Assembly: GCA_964035545.1 (NCBI GenBank)
Contig: OZ037769.1
Coordinates: forward strand, 5,437,929-5,501,928
Direction of reading: 5' to 3'
DNA: 64,000 nt
Source of the DNA: Bugula neritina
Taxonomy: Eukaryota > Animalia > Bryozoa
Position numbers and translations under genes: made by a program. The notes under the pieces were generated by a model. That model worked only from the letters and a program-made list of their open reading frames with translations. It made no database searches and had not been told where the DNA came from. Below, one piece after another: positions 37,609-50,900 of the stretch; position 1 is the stretch's first letter; every line of letters begins with the position of its first letter.

Positions 37609-39077
37609 TTTGAGATGTTTTTTTTCAGCACAAAAACTGCAGCCTGCTCTCAACAAGAAATGTCTGAATAATGAATAATTTATTAAGAACCGATGCCTTA
37701 AAAGACTTCACCTACTGGCAGCTATAAACGGTTGCCATAATATCTTCTAGGTTGCCAAGGATTTTATTTGCATTTAGGTTTAAATTATACTAAATACATA
37801 GTTTCAATAACACCAAGTAAGCTTAGTAACTTTTACTTTGCTTTGCTGCTGTAATGGATTAATATCAAGCTTTTGAGAAGGACCACAGCAAAAAATTTAT
37901 TAAAATATATTTAAATAATTTCAAGACGTTTTAAAATGCAATCTGCAAATAGTATATTTTGTTAGTAATTGAGAATAGAGCTTTTATTTTTTTTGAAAGA
38001 AATCTTTTAAATAACTGACGGAAGTGAGCTAATATCTTTTAATTAGCAATCTTTTTACGAGTTGCACTCATTAAAGTTGTGTATTTAGTTCTAAGTACTC
38101 TGCTTTTCACCTATTTGAAATGAACTTTATAGCTCGATATTTAACATAAATGCAGCAATTATAGGTTTACCTACTTGTTTAGTTATTTACTAATACTGTT
38201 AGTATGTTAGTGTTATTATTATAATTATTATTAGATGAGCAAGCATTATGGTACTGTTCAAGTTGGCTTGTTGGAATATTTGTTACCAAACAAGGCCTGA
38301 AGAGTGATCACAACTTTGTTTATACCACACCAGGTCTTGCTCTGTTTAAAAAGTCTGGTTTTCTAGACGTAGAATTGCATAATCTCTGTTTCAGAAAATT
38401 GGAGCTCATAAAGTGTTTTGCCATCTGCGGGCATATATTGAAAAAACTGAAAATTTATGATTTTAATAGTTTTACTGAGTATGTGTTGTTTATTAGGCTG
38501 TTTTGTAAATCACCTCAAATTCTTACGACTATAATAACTTAGGAATTCATTGGAACCCATCATTTGCTTCAATAAATAAGAGTGCAGACTAGTATAGGCA
38601 CTTGAAACGTTTAAACCTCAATCAATATTTATGTATTGGTTTGATGCAAACTTATCTGTTAAAGGCAATGAAAGCTTATATCATTCAGCAGATATTGCAG
38701 TAAGTAAAAACTTTTAATTCTAAGGCACAAAAATAAATTCTTTTTAAGCATTGGAGAGTCATGAAATTATTTGTAGCTGTACAAAAACAACGCAAATACT
38801 GATTCGTAGAACTAGTTTATTTTACAACTGTTGTACAAAAAGCAAATACAAAAGATACAGTGTGTCTAGTATTTTCCTGTAATTTGATTGAACAACCAAT
38901 TATATAATGTGCAGAATTTTGCAAAAAATTATACAGAAATGATGAGCAAAGCAGTTCAAAAATTATTTATGCATACTGGCAAATTGTCAAAGCTAATTGA
39001 TGTACCACGTTCCTGTTGATTCCATCTGTGGTGTATGACTCGAGGATCATCCTTAATCCATGGCTATTTCATGTAAG

Positions 39078-40195
39078 CTAACCCTGGGTCACTTTAATAT
39101 TGCTAAAGAGCAATCCGAGAGTGGAACAGCAAGGTGCGAGGCAGCATGATAGCATATACTCAAAGAACTTCTGTTGTACTCCACAAACCAGACTCATCAT
39201 TTTAATCTGCGGTGTCCAGCTGTATATGAAGGAGAAAGTTGTGCAGGCAAATTCACAACCCCAGCATAAACCGTAGAGCCAGGAGCAAAGAACCGTGAGA
39301 CAGGAGTAACAGCACATTCTACCTCCTTCATAGCACTTGTAGGCACATTTCCAAGCACATTCTGGAGAATGGGCACTTTCTGGTTCACCAAACACATCCT
39401 CAAATGCTACCTAAAATTTCACTGACATTTAAATTTGCAATTAGAACTTCAATTTATTACTAAATTGCTTCTTTTAAGTTATACTTATAAAAAATCTTTA
39501 GCAACACAAAACCATAATCGAACTTTAATAAATGCATAGTTGAATTGTTTTATTCTAATAAATACATTAAATTTGTCTAAAAATTTCTTCTTGCATTAAA
39601 TCTTGCTAGAAGCTGGTGTGCAACACGGTATAGATGAGAATAATTACACACCATTCAATATATGATAAAACATATCAACACAATTTTTGGATAAAATAAT
39701 GACACATCAACATGTTTATATTTAGTAGCTCATTACAAAAAAGTAAATTTTTCTCTTGAATGTTTGTCGGTTTTTCTAAATGGTTTCAACCATTTGCTCA
39801 TGGTAAAATTTATGCATTTTTAGGTAAAAATTTGCTGCAAAAATTTAAACAACTATAATTTCTATAAAACACTCAAAATATTATATTTGCTAAAACTTTA
39901 ATTCAAAAATTTCTTTTGGTTAAATAAAAAGCATGTAATAACGATGTATATTCAATTTTTTAAAATTTACTGTATAATTTTAAAACTTTTCTAACATGTA
40001 ATTATAACAAATAGCATGCTTTGTTATTGAGCTACAAGCCCTTATCAATTTTTGCACGTAAAATATGAATTTGTATGTACCTATTTATTTCTGTTTTATT
40101 AAAAGTTCCTGTGGCACACTTACTGTTAGGTTGTCGTTCAAACCATTTGGATCTCTGTTGACCATATCAAGTCTGCCATCATCACCTTCACCCAT
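39078..40195 (-). CDS. Cys-rich caveolin, copy F (134 aa)
   Basis: Exon 1 40195-40124 MGEGDDGRLDMVNRDPNGLNDNLT; exon 2 39410-39078 identical to copy E. Confidence 0.9.
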
Positions 40196-41616
40196 TTTAA
40201 GATGTTTTCTTATTGAAGCACAAAAACTGCAGCCTGCTCTCAACAAGGAATGTCTGAATAATGAATAATTTATTAAGAACCGATGCCTTAAAAGACTTCA
40301 CCTATTGGCAGCTATAAACGGTTGCCATAATATTTTATAGGTTGCCAAGGATTTTATTTGCATTTAGGTTTAAATTATACTAAATACATAGTTTCACTAA
40401 CACCAAGTAAACTTTGTAACGTTTACTTCGCTCTGCTGCTGTAATGGATTAATATCAAGCTTTTGTGAAGGACCACAGCAAAAAATTTATTCAAATATAT
40501 TTAAATAATTTTAAGATGTTTTAAAATGCAATCTGCCAATAGTATATTTTGTTAGTAATTGAGAATAGAACTTTTATCTTTTTGAAAGAAATCTTTTAAA
40601 TAACTGACGGAAGTGAGCTCATATCTTTTAATTAACAATCTCTTTACGAGTTGCACTCATTAAAATTGTGTATTTAATTATAAGTACTCTGCTTTTCACC
40701 TACTCGAAATAAATTTTATTGCTCGATATTTAACATAAATGCAGCAATTATAGGTTTACCTATTTGTTTCGTTATTTACTAATACTGTTAGTATGTTAGT
40801 ATTATTATTATAATTATTATTAGATGAGCAAACATTATGGTACTGTTCCAAACTGGGCCTGAAAGAGTGATCACAACTTTGTTTATACCTCACAAGGTTT
40901 TGCTCTGGTGGAATTGCATAATCTCTGTTTTAGAAAATTAGAGCTCATAAAGTGTTTGCCATCTGCGGCCATATATTGAAAAAACTGAAAATTTATGATT
41001 ATAATAGTTTTACTGCTTATGTGTTGTTCATCAGGCTAGTTGTAAATCACCTCAAATTCTTACGACTAATAACTTAGGAATTCATTGGAACCCATCATTT
41101 GCCTCAATAAATAAGAGTGCAGACTAGTATAGGCACTTGAAACATTTAAACCTCAATCAATATTTATGTATTGATTTGAAGCAAACTTATCTGTTAAAAG
41201 CAATGAAAGCTTATATATCATTTAGCAGTTATTGCAGTAAGTAAAAACTTTTAATTCTAAGGCACAAAAATAAATTCTTTTTAAGCATTGGAGAGTCATG
41301 AAATTATTTGTAGCTGTATAAAAACAATGCAAATACTGATTCTTATAACTATAGTTTATTTTACAACTGTTGTGCAAAAAGCAAATACAAAAGATACAAT
41401 GTGTCTAGTATTTTCCTATAATTTGATTGAACAACCAATTATATAATGTGCAGAATTTTGCAAAAAATTATACAGAAATGATGAGCAAAGCAGTTCAAAA
41501 AATATTTATGCATACTGACAAATTGTCAAAACTAATTGATGTACCACGTTCCCATCGCTTCCATCTCTGGTGTATGACTCGAGGAGCTTCTTTAATCCAT
41601 GGCTATTTCATGTAAG

Positions 41617-42237
41617 CTAACCCTGGGTCACTTTAATATTGCTAAAGAGCAATCCGAGAGTGGAACAGCAAGGTGCGAGGCAGCATGATAGCATATACTC
41701 AAAGAACTTCTGTTGTACTCCACAAACCAGACTCATCATTTTAATCTGTGGTGTCCAGCTGTATATGAAGGAGAAAGTTGTGCAGGCAAATTCACAACCC
41801 CAGCATAAGCCGTAGAGCCAGGAGCACAGAACCGTGAGACAGGAGTAACAGCACTTTCTACCTCCCTCATAGCACTTGTAGGCGCATTTCCAAGCACATT
41901 CTGGAGAATGGGCGCTATCCGGCTCACCAAACACATCCTCAAAGGCTACCTACAATTATTTTAAGCCAGATTTGTAAAGCTACAAGCCAAATGTTTAGTT
42001 TATAAGAAGTATTTATGACATATGACATTTATGACAGAGCGCAGGCTAAAACAGAATAAAAAACTAAAACTTAAGTAAAGTCTTTTTCAAGTTCATTTGT
42101 TGCAAGAACAAATTATGATACGTGGCTCCACGTCACAGATTTATATTGTATAAATTGACACTTACTGTTAGGTTATCATTTAAACCATTTGGATCTCTGT
42201 TGACCATATCAGGTTTGCCATCATCACCTTCGCCCAT
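41617..42237 (-). CDS. Cys-rich caveolin, copy G (134 aa)
   Basis: Exon 1 42237-42166 MGEGDDGKPDMVNRDPNGLNDNLT; exon 2 41949-41617 differs from E/F by 2 aa. Confidence 0.9.
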
Positions 42238-43641
42238 TTTTAGTGTTTTTTATTGTTTTGGCACTAAAATTGTGACTGAATTTACCCTGGGGAATAGTAA
42301 TGGAATGACGACTTTTAATAAAATCAACTCCTTAAAAACGAGTTCAATTATTGACTCGTTACTTGTTGCCACTCGATAAACATCCTCTGTGTTACCAAGG
42401 ATTTTGTTTGCATATCAAATTATACTAATGACACAGTTTTCAAATGCTAAAAACAAACTTTGTAACTTATACCTTTGCTTTAGCGTTAATATAATTTCAA
42501 GTGGCCGCTCAACCTGGGTATATTTGTGATTATTTTGCTGCTAATATGAAAAAGTGTAAGAACTCACGCTATAATTGATTTTTCTAGAAATTGCAGTACA
42601 TATAATACTTTACAAAAAATACTTATGATGTAGAGCTAATAGAAACAGTTACTAGTAGAGCTAATGTAGAGTATAGCAGTGCTCAAGTAATACTAGAATT
42701 GATTACGTCTTCACAGTTAAATATAGACTAGAATGTGCTTTTAATTATATTTATTTTCACATATAAATGCCCACAGTGCGTCGGTCTTCTATTTATCACT
42801 TCGTTCCATTGCTTTGATTCCATTGCAGCTCGCTTATACAATGAATTTATGCTTGTGGTTTCATTCAAGCAACTGTCTCCTAACATGTAATGAAAAATCC
42901 ATTCTCACTATGGCAAGCTTTGAAACACAGTGTATACAATGCAGCATGCCTAGGTCATTACTCATCACATTGTAATGTCCCAGCCATAGAATAATCTATC
43001 TAAATAACAAAGTCTATCTATTTAAATAATGCAATTTATAAACAATAAAAGTTTAGCACAGCAAAGACAGTAAGAACATGTTTTGCACTGCAGGGTGATA
43101 CAAATTCCCCCCCAAAAACATCAGTATTTAATTCTAATGAAGTTATTCTTGAAGCACTATACTTTTTCTATTTATAACTTGTTTGGTGTGCCTTTTCTCA
43201 TTCGGGGTAGATGAAAACATTACTAGGTAGTAGTAAACCCTGCATGCACAGCAATATAGGATATTATATAACTTTTGTTGATTTTGTTATAGCATATAAT
43301 AATATTCAGAATATATTACCTTGTTAATCCTATTTCACATTGCTTGCTGATACGTAATTAATTCTGTTGAATAATATGTCTAAAGCAACTATTTTGCTAA
43401 AAGCAACTAATTTACTAAAAGATTTTCCTGACAGTTTTCTTAAGAACGCTGTATTATAATAAAAGATAAAAATATAGCATTTTTAAACTTTGTATAATAA
43501 AAGAGCAACACACAATGTACATGAACTGTAATGCTCCACACAACAAATTCACTTGCAGTGTCTTCCATAGCATTTAGTATTGGTTATAAAAGATGCTGCT
43601 CCAACCAACGGAGTTGAAACAAAATACAATCGTCAATGTCT

Positions 43642-44215
43642 TTAGGACTGAGTGACTTTAATGTTACTGAACAAAGCTCCACATGAAGAGCACAGTGGTA
43701 CCAAACAACACTCCACGCAAGTGGCGTAGATGGACTGGCACGTGCCACAGACTAGTTTCAGCATACGGATAGTCGGTGTGAATATCCATATGTAACAGCA
43801 AGTGATGTAAGCGAACTGGCAACCCCAGCAGAACCCATACAACCACGTACACAGCACCGTCATTATTTTATAACAGATACTCTTTGCCCCTTCATAGCAC
43901 ATAAATCCACATTTGTATGCACAATCAGGTGAGTGCGCTCCATCAGGCTCACCAAAAATGTCTTCAAACGCCACCTAAAAATAATATTATAAAGCAAATT
44001 CAAAAGTTGCAAAAAGATAAATATGCAAGAATTTCTTTAAATAATATAATAGCCTTTAGCAGTTTCAAGCTGCAAGCCGGTACAAAGTTGTACTAAATAA
44101 CTATGAAGATAGTTGCATGAGATAAATATTTGAAACAATAATTACTTACAGTTAATGAGCCATTTAAATTGTTTGGATCTCTGTTTACTAAATCGGGTTG
44201 TCCATCTTCTCCCAT
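43642..44215 (-). CDS. Cys-rich caveolin, copy H (132 aa)
   Basis: Exon 1 44215-44150 MGEDGQPDLVNRDPNNLNGSLT; exon 2 43974-43642 VAFEDIFGEPDGAHSPDC... Confidence 0.9.
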
Positions 44216-47200
44216 ATTAATTTCAACAAATAGTCAAGTTTAAAACACTCGGCAACCACTTCTGACTACTGTACGAAGGTAACTAAACGCTATATCCTAA
44301 GATATTATATTATATTTATAACAGATATATCAGTTTGCCATTCACATATAATTATTATTCACTGAAAATTTAATGAACTTTCAGCTCATACTAATATACA
44401 ATTGATGTTTCAATATTTTTTCTTGAATTATAAATGCTGATTACTAAGCAACGTTGCAGTGATATAAGTCCCAGAAGTATTGACTATTCTTCAGAGTTGC
44501 TCTGAAAGAAAGTTTGAAATAGCAATCATTGCTTTTCTCATTTATCAGGTAATTTGTGAGAATAAAGCTGTCTTAGTATAGTGAAGGCAAGTCCAGTAGC
44601 GTATTCAGCAGCTAGCCCGAACTATTTTCCAGTTTACTGTAGCTTTAGCAACTTATTATAAAGAATACCTTTACGCAGGCGCAACAAATTTTTGAATCTA
44701 TATGCTATATTTTTAGAAAATTGTACGGTTAGTGCAGTGCCTAGTTATCAATATACATAACTTTAAGATTTGGGTCTCCATTACCCAATTTTAATTTGAA
44801 AGAAGTAAAAGTAACTTTATTAAGAATACCCTCAACTACTTCAATGCAATGCTGGCTTTACTGGGACAGTTTTAAATCTAACAGGCTAAATTCAATTTTT
44901 TGAGAGCAGATCAACTTTGAATGTATCTGTTTACACTCCTGTAAGTTCTATATTTCTCTAAATACTGCTCTATTGATTGTACTTCATATATCAAAGGCAA
45001 TATTTTTCAGGCTTAGCTGAAATCAATAAGATTTTTCAATTTATCTGTTCTTATATTGGTAATATTTATAGTAAGCAGGCTAATAAAGCCTGTTTCAACA
45101 TTCTATCTATTTCTATAAAATATATTGAAGTAATATGTGTAAATTCTGCATTCAGTTAAAAGTCCTTGAACTTAAATAGACCAATAGCAATGGCTATAAG
45201 ATTTGCAAATCTGTTTCACGAGAAGCTGTTAATTAATGAAGCTTTAGGATTGGCATCATTGAGTAGGTGCCGTTAAGATAAACATCATTGGGTATATGCT
45301 TTTGTGAAATAGGCATTACTGGGGCTAATAGAAGTGTGTCTACAAAGAAAACTTCAATAACGAATAAATTAAGTGTTATTGTTGCAGCCTATAATAATTT
45401 AAGTTATTTAATTACCTATCTCATATGTGTTATATTTCTTAGCTTAGGTTTCAAACTATCAGCTTTGCTAAAACAGATTTTAGGCACTTCCCCAATACTC
45501 TTAGCAACCTAAAATGCTTACAATTTTGGCTTAATTTTTTTCAAGTACAATAAAAAAGCCTAATTAATTCCGCTACCCAATTTTAGAACAGAATAAATAC
45601 AAGAATCAAATTTTTACAGCTATGCATATTTGAACACTTTATTTACCAAAAGAGCAGCAATAATTCACAAATAGATGCTGTCAAAAGGACTATTCAATAC
45701 AGGATGAAAAGCTAATGTCAAGGGATTCTTTGATTGTAATAACTACTGTTTACATATATTATCAGCAAACCGCTTGTGATCAACCATAGTAAACTAAGGC
45801 TATACTGTTTAGCTTCTAAAATGACGTCTAAATATCGGAGGAATGAAGTTTAGAAAAAATTCTTGCATTAACTCTATATTTCATATACTTTCAATTAAAA
45901 ATGAAAGAGCTTAGAGTTTAAATTGTTAGCTAGCAATTATTTAAAAAGCCCTATTGATTGACATTTGAATGAGGTTGTGCTTGTTGCTATATACTTATTG
46001 CTAAGGCTGCATTTGCACTGCGTGCACCTAATATACGAGAAATGCAGTCGTATAGCTTTGTATTTAATCAATACAGAGTAAACAAGTTGCTTAACTACAG
46101 CTACGCACTATAGATTGAAATACATTTGACTCGTAAAACAACGTGGATTATGATGGTTGCTGCTGATGGCATAAACTAAAATACTATGTTAGAATCTAAA
46201 TAAGCAGTTTTATACTAGCAGAAATATTCTCTAAACCAATTGAGCTAGTGGTATGAATTGATAAACATTCAAATTGGCGATGGTTGTTTTTCCATAGATT
46301 CCTCTTCGATAGAGCATTGTAGTATTTCAGTGTTTATACACTCCCTAAGTATTCATTTAAGTCTTCATTTGAGTATATATACAGTTGAGTAACTAATGAA
46401 AGTTAGTCTATAAGAAGACTTTTAAATGAGTTGCCTACAGACAAAGACAATCATGGGGCACTGGAATGATCAGTGTATCCACTTGACCATAATATACAAG
46501 GACTCTTGATGCACTCTGATGGAGAGAACTGAAAACTATCACTAATTGCTATTACAGCAACTTATTTGTACAATATTTTCATGCCCCCTCCCCCCCCCCT
46601 TCCCAGTTGCTCTCTCATATAGGAATATAATAAAATAAATATATTGCAGGGAAACCGAAAAAATGCTACAGTATAATACAAAGATATTATAGCGAAATGA
46701 AAAACTATTAATTACAATAAGGTAGAAAAGTATTACGGTGGAATAAAACAGCGTTACACTGTAACAAAGAAAGTATTATGGATATAATAGCTTTTGGCGA
46801 ATAGAGAGTGAAAGCTTTCCATCAAGTCAAGATAGTACAGTTTTGCTATACTTCGGTACATATTGGCTACCCCTTAATTAGCTGACAGTTAAATATGTTG
46901 TATTAGCAGCAAAAATATTTAATAATTTGAACCAGGCCTCCAGCAATTCAGCTCAAACTTGTGTTCTCAGAATTTCTTTAGTACTCCATCAAAGTTGGTC
47001 AAAGCCTGCTATGGTTATAATTTATCTACTGAGCATACATGTATTGGAAGCATACTAATAGTTTTGTAATGTCAATTTTATTCACTTTACATGTCAACGG
47101 TTAGTTTTATAGCAATTTGAAGGTGAAAATAAATTCATCATTTGCTAGGACTAGTTGGATAGTGTTTTTCTATGCACGATACTGGTTTAGTAGTGAGGTC

Positions 47201-47952
47201 ACATAGAATAAGCCATGATTTGATTGTGTACATGGTTGTCAAGAGTAACAATGGTTGCCAAGCGTTGCTAAGCAGTGCTACCATGGGGTGATTACAAATA
47301 TTTATACAGCTATTATACTAATAATAGGTAACCCAAATGGCAAAATAGTATATCTAAAAGCTTACTGATTTGTGTTAAAATCAATATCAGTTTTACACTT
47401 AGAGCATTGACATAGCTCATGTCCAATGAACCTATTAGCTTCCGTTTCATGGATACAAACAGACTGGCTTAAACTATACTAGAAAAATAACTAGTGAGCT
47501 ATGTATCACTATAGAGAAGCTGTTGATGCTGCTCCTGTAGAATGTATAAAGCCTTATTACTTCGAGATATTTTAAGAGATATTGTCACACAGGGTTTTAT
47601 ATGCTTGGCATAAATAGTATATATTTATACAAATAACATAACATTAGATAAGGAAGCATTCTGAAAATATTCAGATAATCCTATTATTACTATTAGAACG
47701 ATTTTATGTTCCACATACAGAAAAACTGTACATCCTTGACCAACATGAAAATAAAATTAGTGCCCAAGTAGAAAAAACTGCATTACAAACAACTTTATTA
47801 GTTCATAAACCTTTCGAACAAAATATAATCCAAAAACAAGTATGCCACTTGACTGAACAAAATCTCAAGAAATTGTAAGCACACAAAGTAAGTTTTTGAA
47901 ATACAAATGATATAATTTAATTTTAGAAAAAATATAATATATTAAGAAGTCA

Positions 47953-50900
47953 TCAAAGAAATCCGTAGAGGACTACTTCTTTGTTGTATTTGTCATCCAT
48001 AAGCAGCAATGCTATAACAGGAGTTGTGCCCACGTCATCGAATATTACTTTGGCATCCATGGCAAGTTGGCCTGATGACCCTGAGAAATGTGTCAATAAG
48101 AACATTACAATTAAGTATCATGGCAGACTTCCGGATTTACTGGCCAGTACAGCAGAAATGTGAAATAGAAGCATCATAAACACTATAAGCAGCTCTTGTC
48201 TAATGGGACCTCCATTTATTAGCCAGTCAGCAATGCGATAACAGAGCGCTAGAAAAAATGGCCAACAACTTAAAAAGAACATTTATTTTGATTTAACTTT
48301 AATACTGATTTCAATTTCAGTTAGCATCTTAAGCCCTTAGAAACATAGTTGACGATAACCTAATGAGAAAAATATTGTGCTCAAAAATGGCAGTCAAATC
48401 ACACCGTCAGTAACAGAAGACAGGAAATGCTAATTCATTTCCTAAATCAGAGTGTCCAACCTTTTCAGATCAAAGGCCACTAAAAGGGAATATTCCATGG
48501 CAAGGGCCACAAAGTAAACATAAATGTAGGCTGGGGGCCACATCCGGCCCTGGGGCCGCCTGTTGGACATCCCTGTCCTAAATAATTTTATTTTCAATTA
48601 AAATCTCATATTGACTCAAAATATGCCTATGAATGGACTGTTAGCAAGCTTCAGCTTAAAAATAGAAAAACATGTCCTTGAGCTAATTTCTGGGGTTTTC
48701 ATTATATAAAATAGTGACAAAATAATTCAATATAAACCACACTTCCAATTACGTTTGTTGACTTCTTGGACTATATGGTGTGAATTAGTGGCCGGAGAAA
48801 GCGGAAACAAGCGAGAAGAAAATAGCGTGAATTACTGATCCGTATCCCAATATGTAAACTTGAGTAGACAACTCCCAATGAATTCATAAATGAAATTCTG
48901 ACATAGAGCTGATCAAATTAACTAAAGGGCTATACTTTGTAGATGACACAGCATGATTCAAGTCGTTAACCTCATTAAAGCCCGAGATAATTAGCTATCT
49001 TATCATTTTGTGCCAATACTAGAATTGGCGTATTCAAGCATATAAACAGCCCATTCTAAGCAATTAACACATATAATAGCTATTCTCTATTACTAAAGCC
49101 ATATCAGGAGCATTACAGGAAACTAAAAACTACAAAGAAAATAATTTCTGATTGTACTTCCACCAGCTACACGAGATATATTTATTGGGCAGACAAATCC
49201 AAAAATTACTGATACAACCCAAATGCCTCCCACATGTGTGTCACAGTTACTTACCACAGAAACAACTTCTCCGTAGAATTCGTCCTTCTAGCTGTAGACT
49301 TCCCTGGTTGTGTGACCAATTTATCCCTGAATCTCTTAGCCGAGCTAAATACAGGAAAAGCAAGGAGATAAAACAATGCATTTCTTTTGAATACAATAGG
49401 TAATAATAATGGATAATCAAATGGCTTTAGGCTGTAGAAACAATTTAATGATTTGAACTTGAACAAACTCACAGTTTAGCTTAAGTTTTGAGCTGAACTG
49501 ATCATCTGACCGTTCGGGATTATGGATTACCAGCCTGTCAAAATCTACAAAAGTTTTCAATAATCAGACAATGATCTACACAGAGGCTATGATAGAATCA
49601 TCTGCTTGACAAGCTAAGCAGGTAGTTGACACGCTAGGCAGGTAGTCGACATGCTAGGCAGGTAATTGAAATGCTAGTCAGGTATTTGCATGCACTTGTT
49701 TTATATATATAGTATAGATAGAGCATTGATATTGGAATAATTCAAGTCAAACTACTGAGCAGGAACAAACAGGCTTGACTCTTTGCACACCTCATCATCA
49801 AACACACAACTTAGCAGAACTAGTAATGAGAGAGCATGGCACACCTCCATCATAATTCTCATCCGTTGCTGTCACTTCTAATTTAGGACTCAACTGAACG
49901 CTATTCCTAGTGAGGTATTCGTAACAGCAGCCTACAAATTAGAAGAATAATTTAAAACTTGCTATTGATTTACAGAGCAAAGCCTTATACCCCTATTAGT
50001 TCAACATGTTTTACAGCGTCTATTATTGTAAAACATTTAGTGTAATTTCAAGTTTCATATCAATACTGCAATTATATTCCAAACCTAATATTTTTGCTAG
50101 ATGACTTCATCAATGTACTTTGCTTTATTGCAAATGGTAAATGTTGACTTGGTTTGTCTATAAACTAACTGCTCCACAGCAGTTTTGATTGCATAGCATA
50201 GTTCTATAAGTTATAAAGAATGGGGAGGGGGTAGTTACATGCATAGAACCCAGTCTTAGCTATACTATTTGATTAATCTATTTATTAGTTTCAACTAAAT
50301 ACAAACTTTCTACAGTCTGAATTCAGCCAAAATATGCTTTTAAATCGTATCAATCTCAATACAAATTTATCTAGAAATCAAAAATGAATTTCAGTTTACA
50401 GCCTAGAAAATAGCACCCATAGTTTCATATTAGAGAGAAGATAACTTACCACAACCAGGCGAATTGAAATGACTAATGAGAGGATTGAATACAGGTTTTG
50501 TCTGGAGAATGTTTTCAGGAGTGATGTAAGCAATGCGGGTGAGAGAGTCAAAGTTCGATAGCAGAACAAGCATGTCGCAAGTAGCGTAGGAATATCCGTA
50601 CGTGGCGGACACGTGCACTGGGTGGTGTCCTTCTACACAACATCATCATATTAGCTAGCAGTTATCATCACAACTAATAGTTATGATCCCATTATTTACA
50701 TATTCATTCATTTTGAACATCATAAATATATTATTGAAAAAATAAAAACTATCTGTAAATCGATTACTTTGAAACAAATTAATTTAAACCAGCATTTCAT
50801 TGAAACATGATTAGGGTAAATATCCTTACTTCTTACGATGTAGGAGTGCGAGATATTAAAGTGGGAGGTGTGGGTGGAGCCAAGGAGCTGCCCTGTGAGT

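Larger units (their letters stand above)
36489..41950. repeat. Tandem segmental duplication, period ~2.55-2.6 kb
   Basis: 36489-39073 aligns with 39074-41612 through exon, intron, promoter and spacer. Stop-to-stop distances are 2585 and 2539 nt. Confidence 0.9.

Noticed and set aside
44300-47900. Possible extra gene between the caveolin array and the F-box gene
   Set aside because: No exon chain or recognisable protein motif was found; only short AT-rich ORFs.
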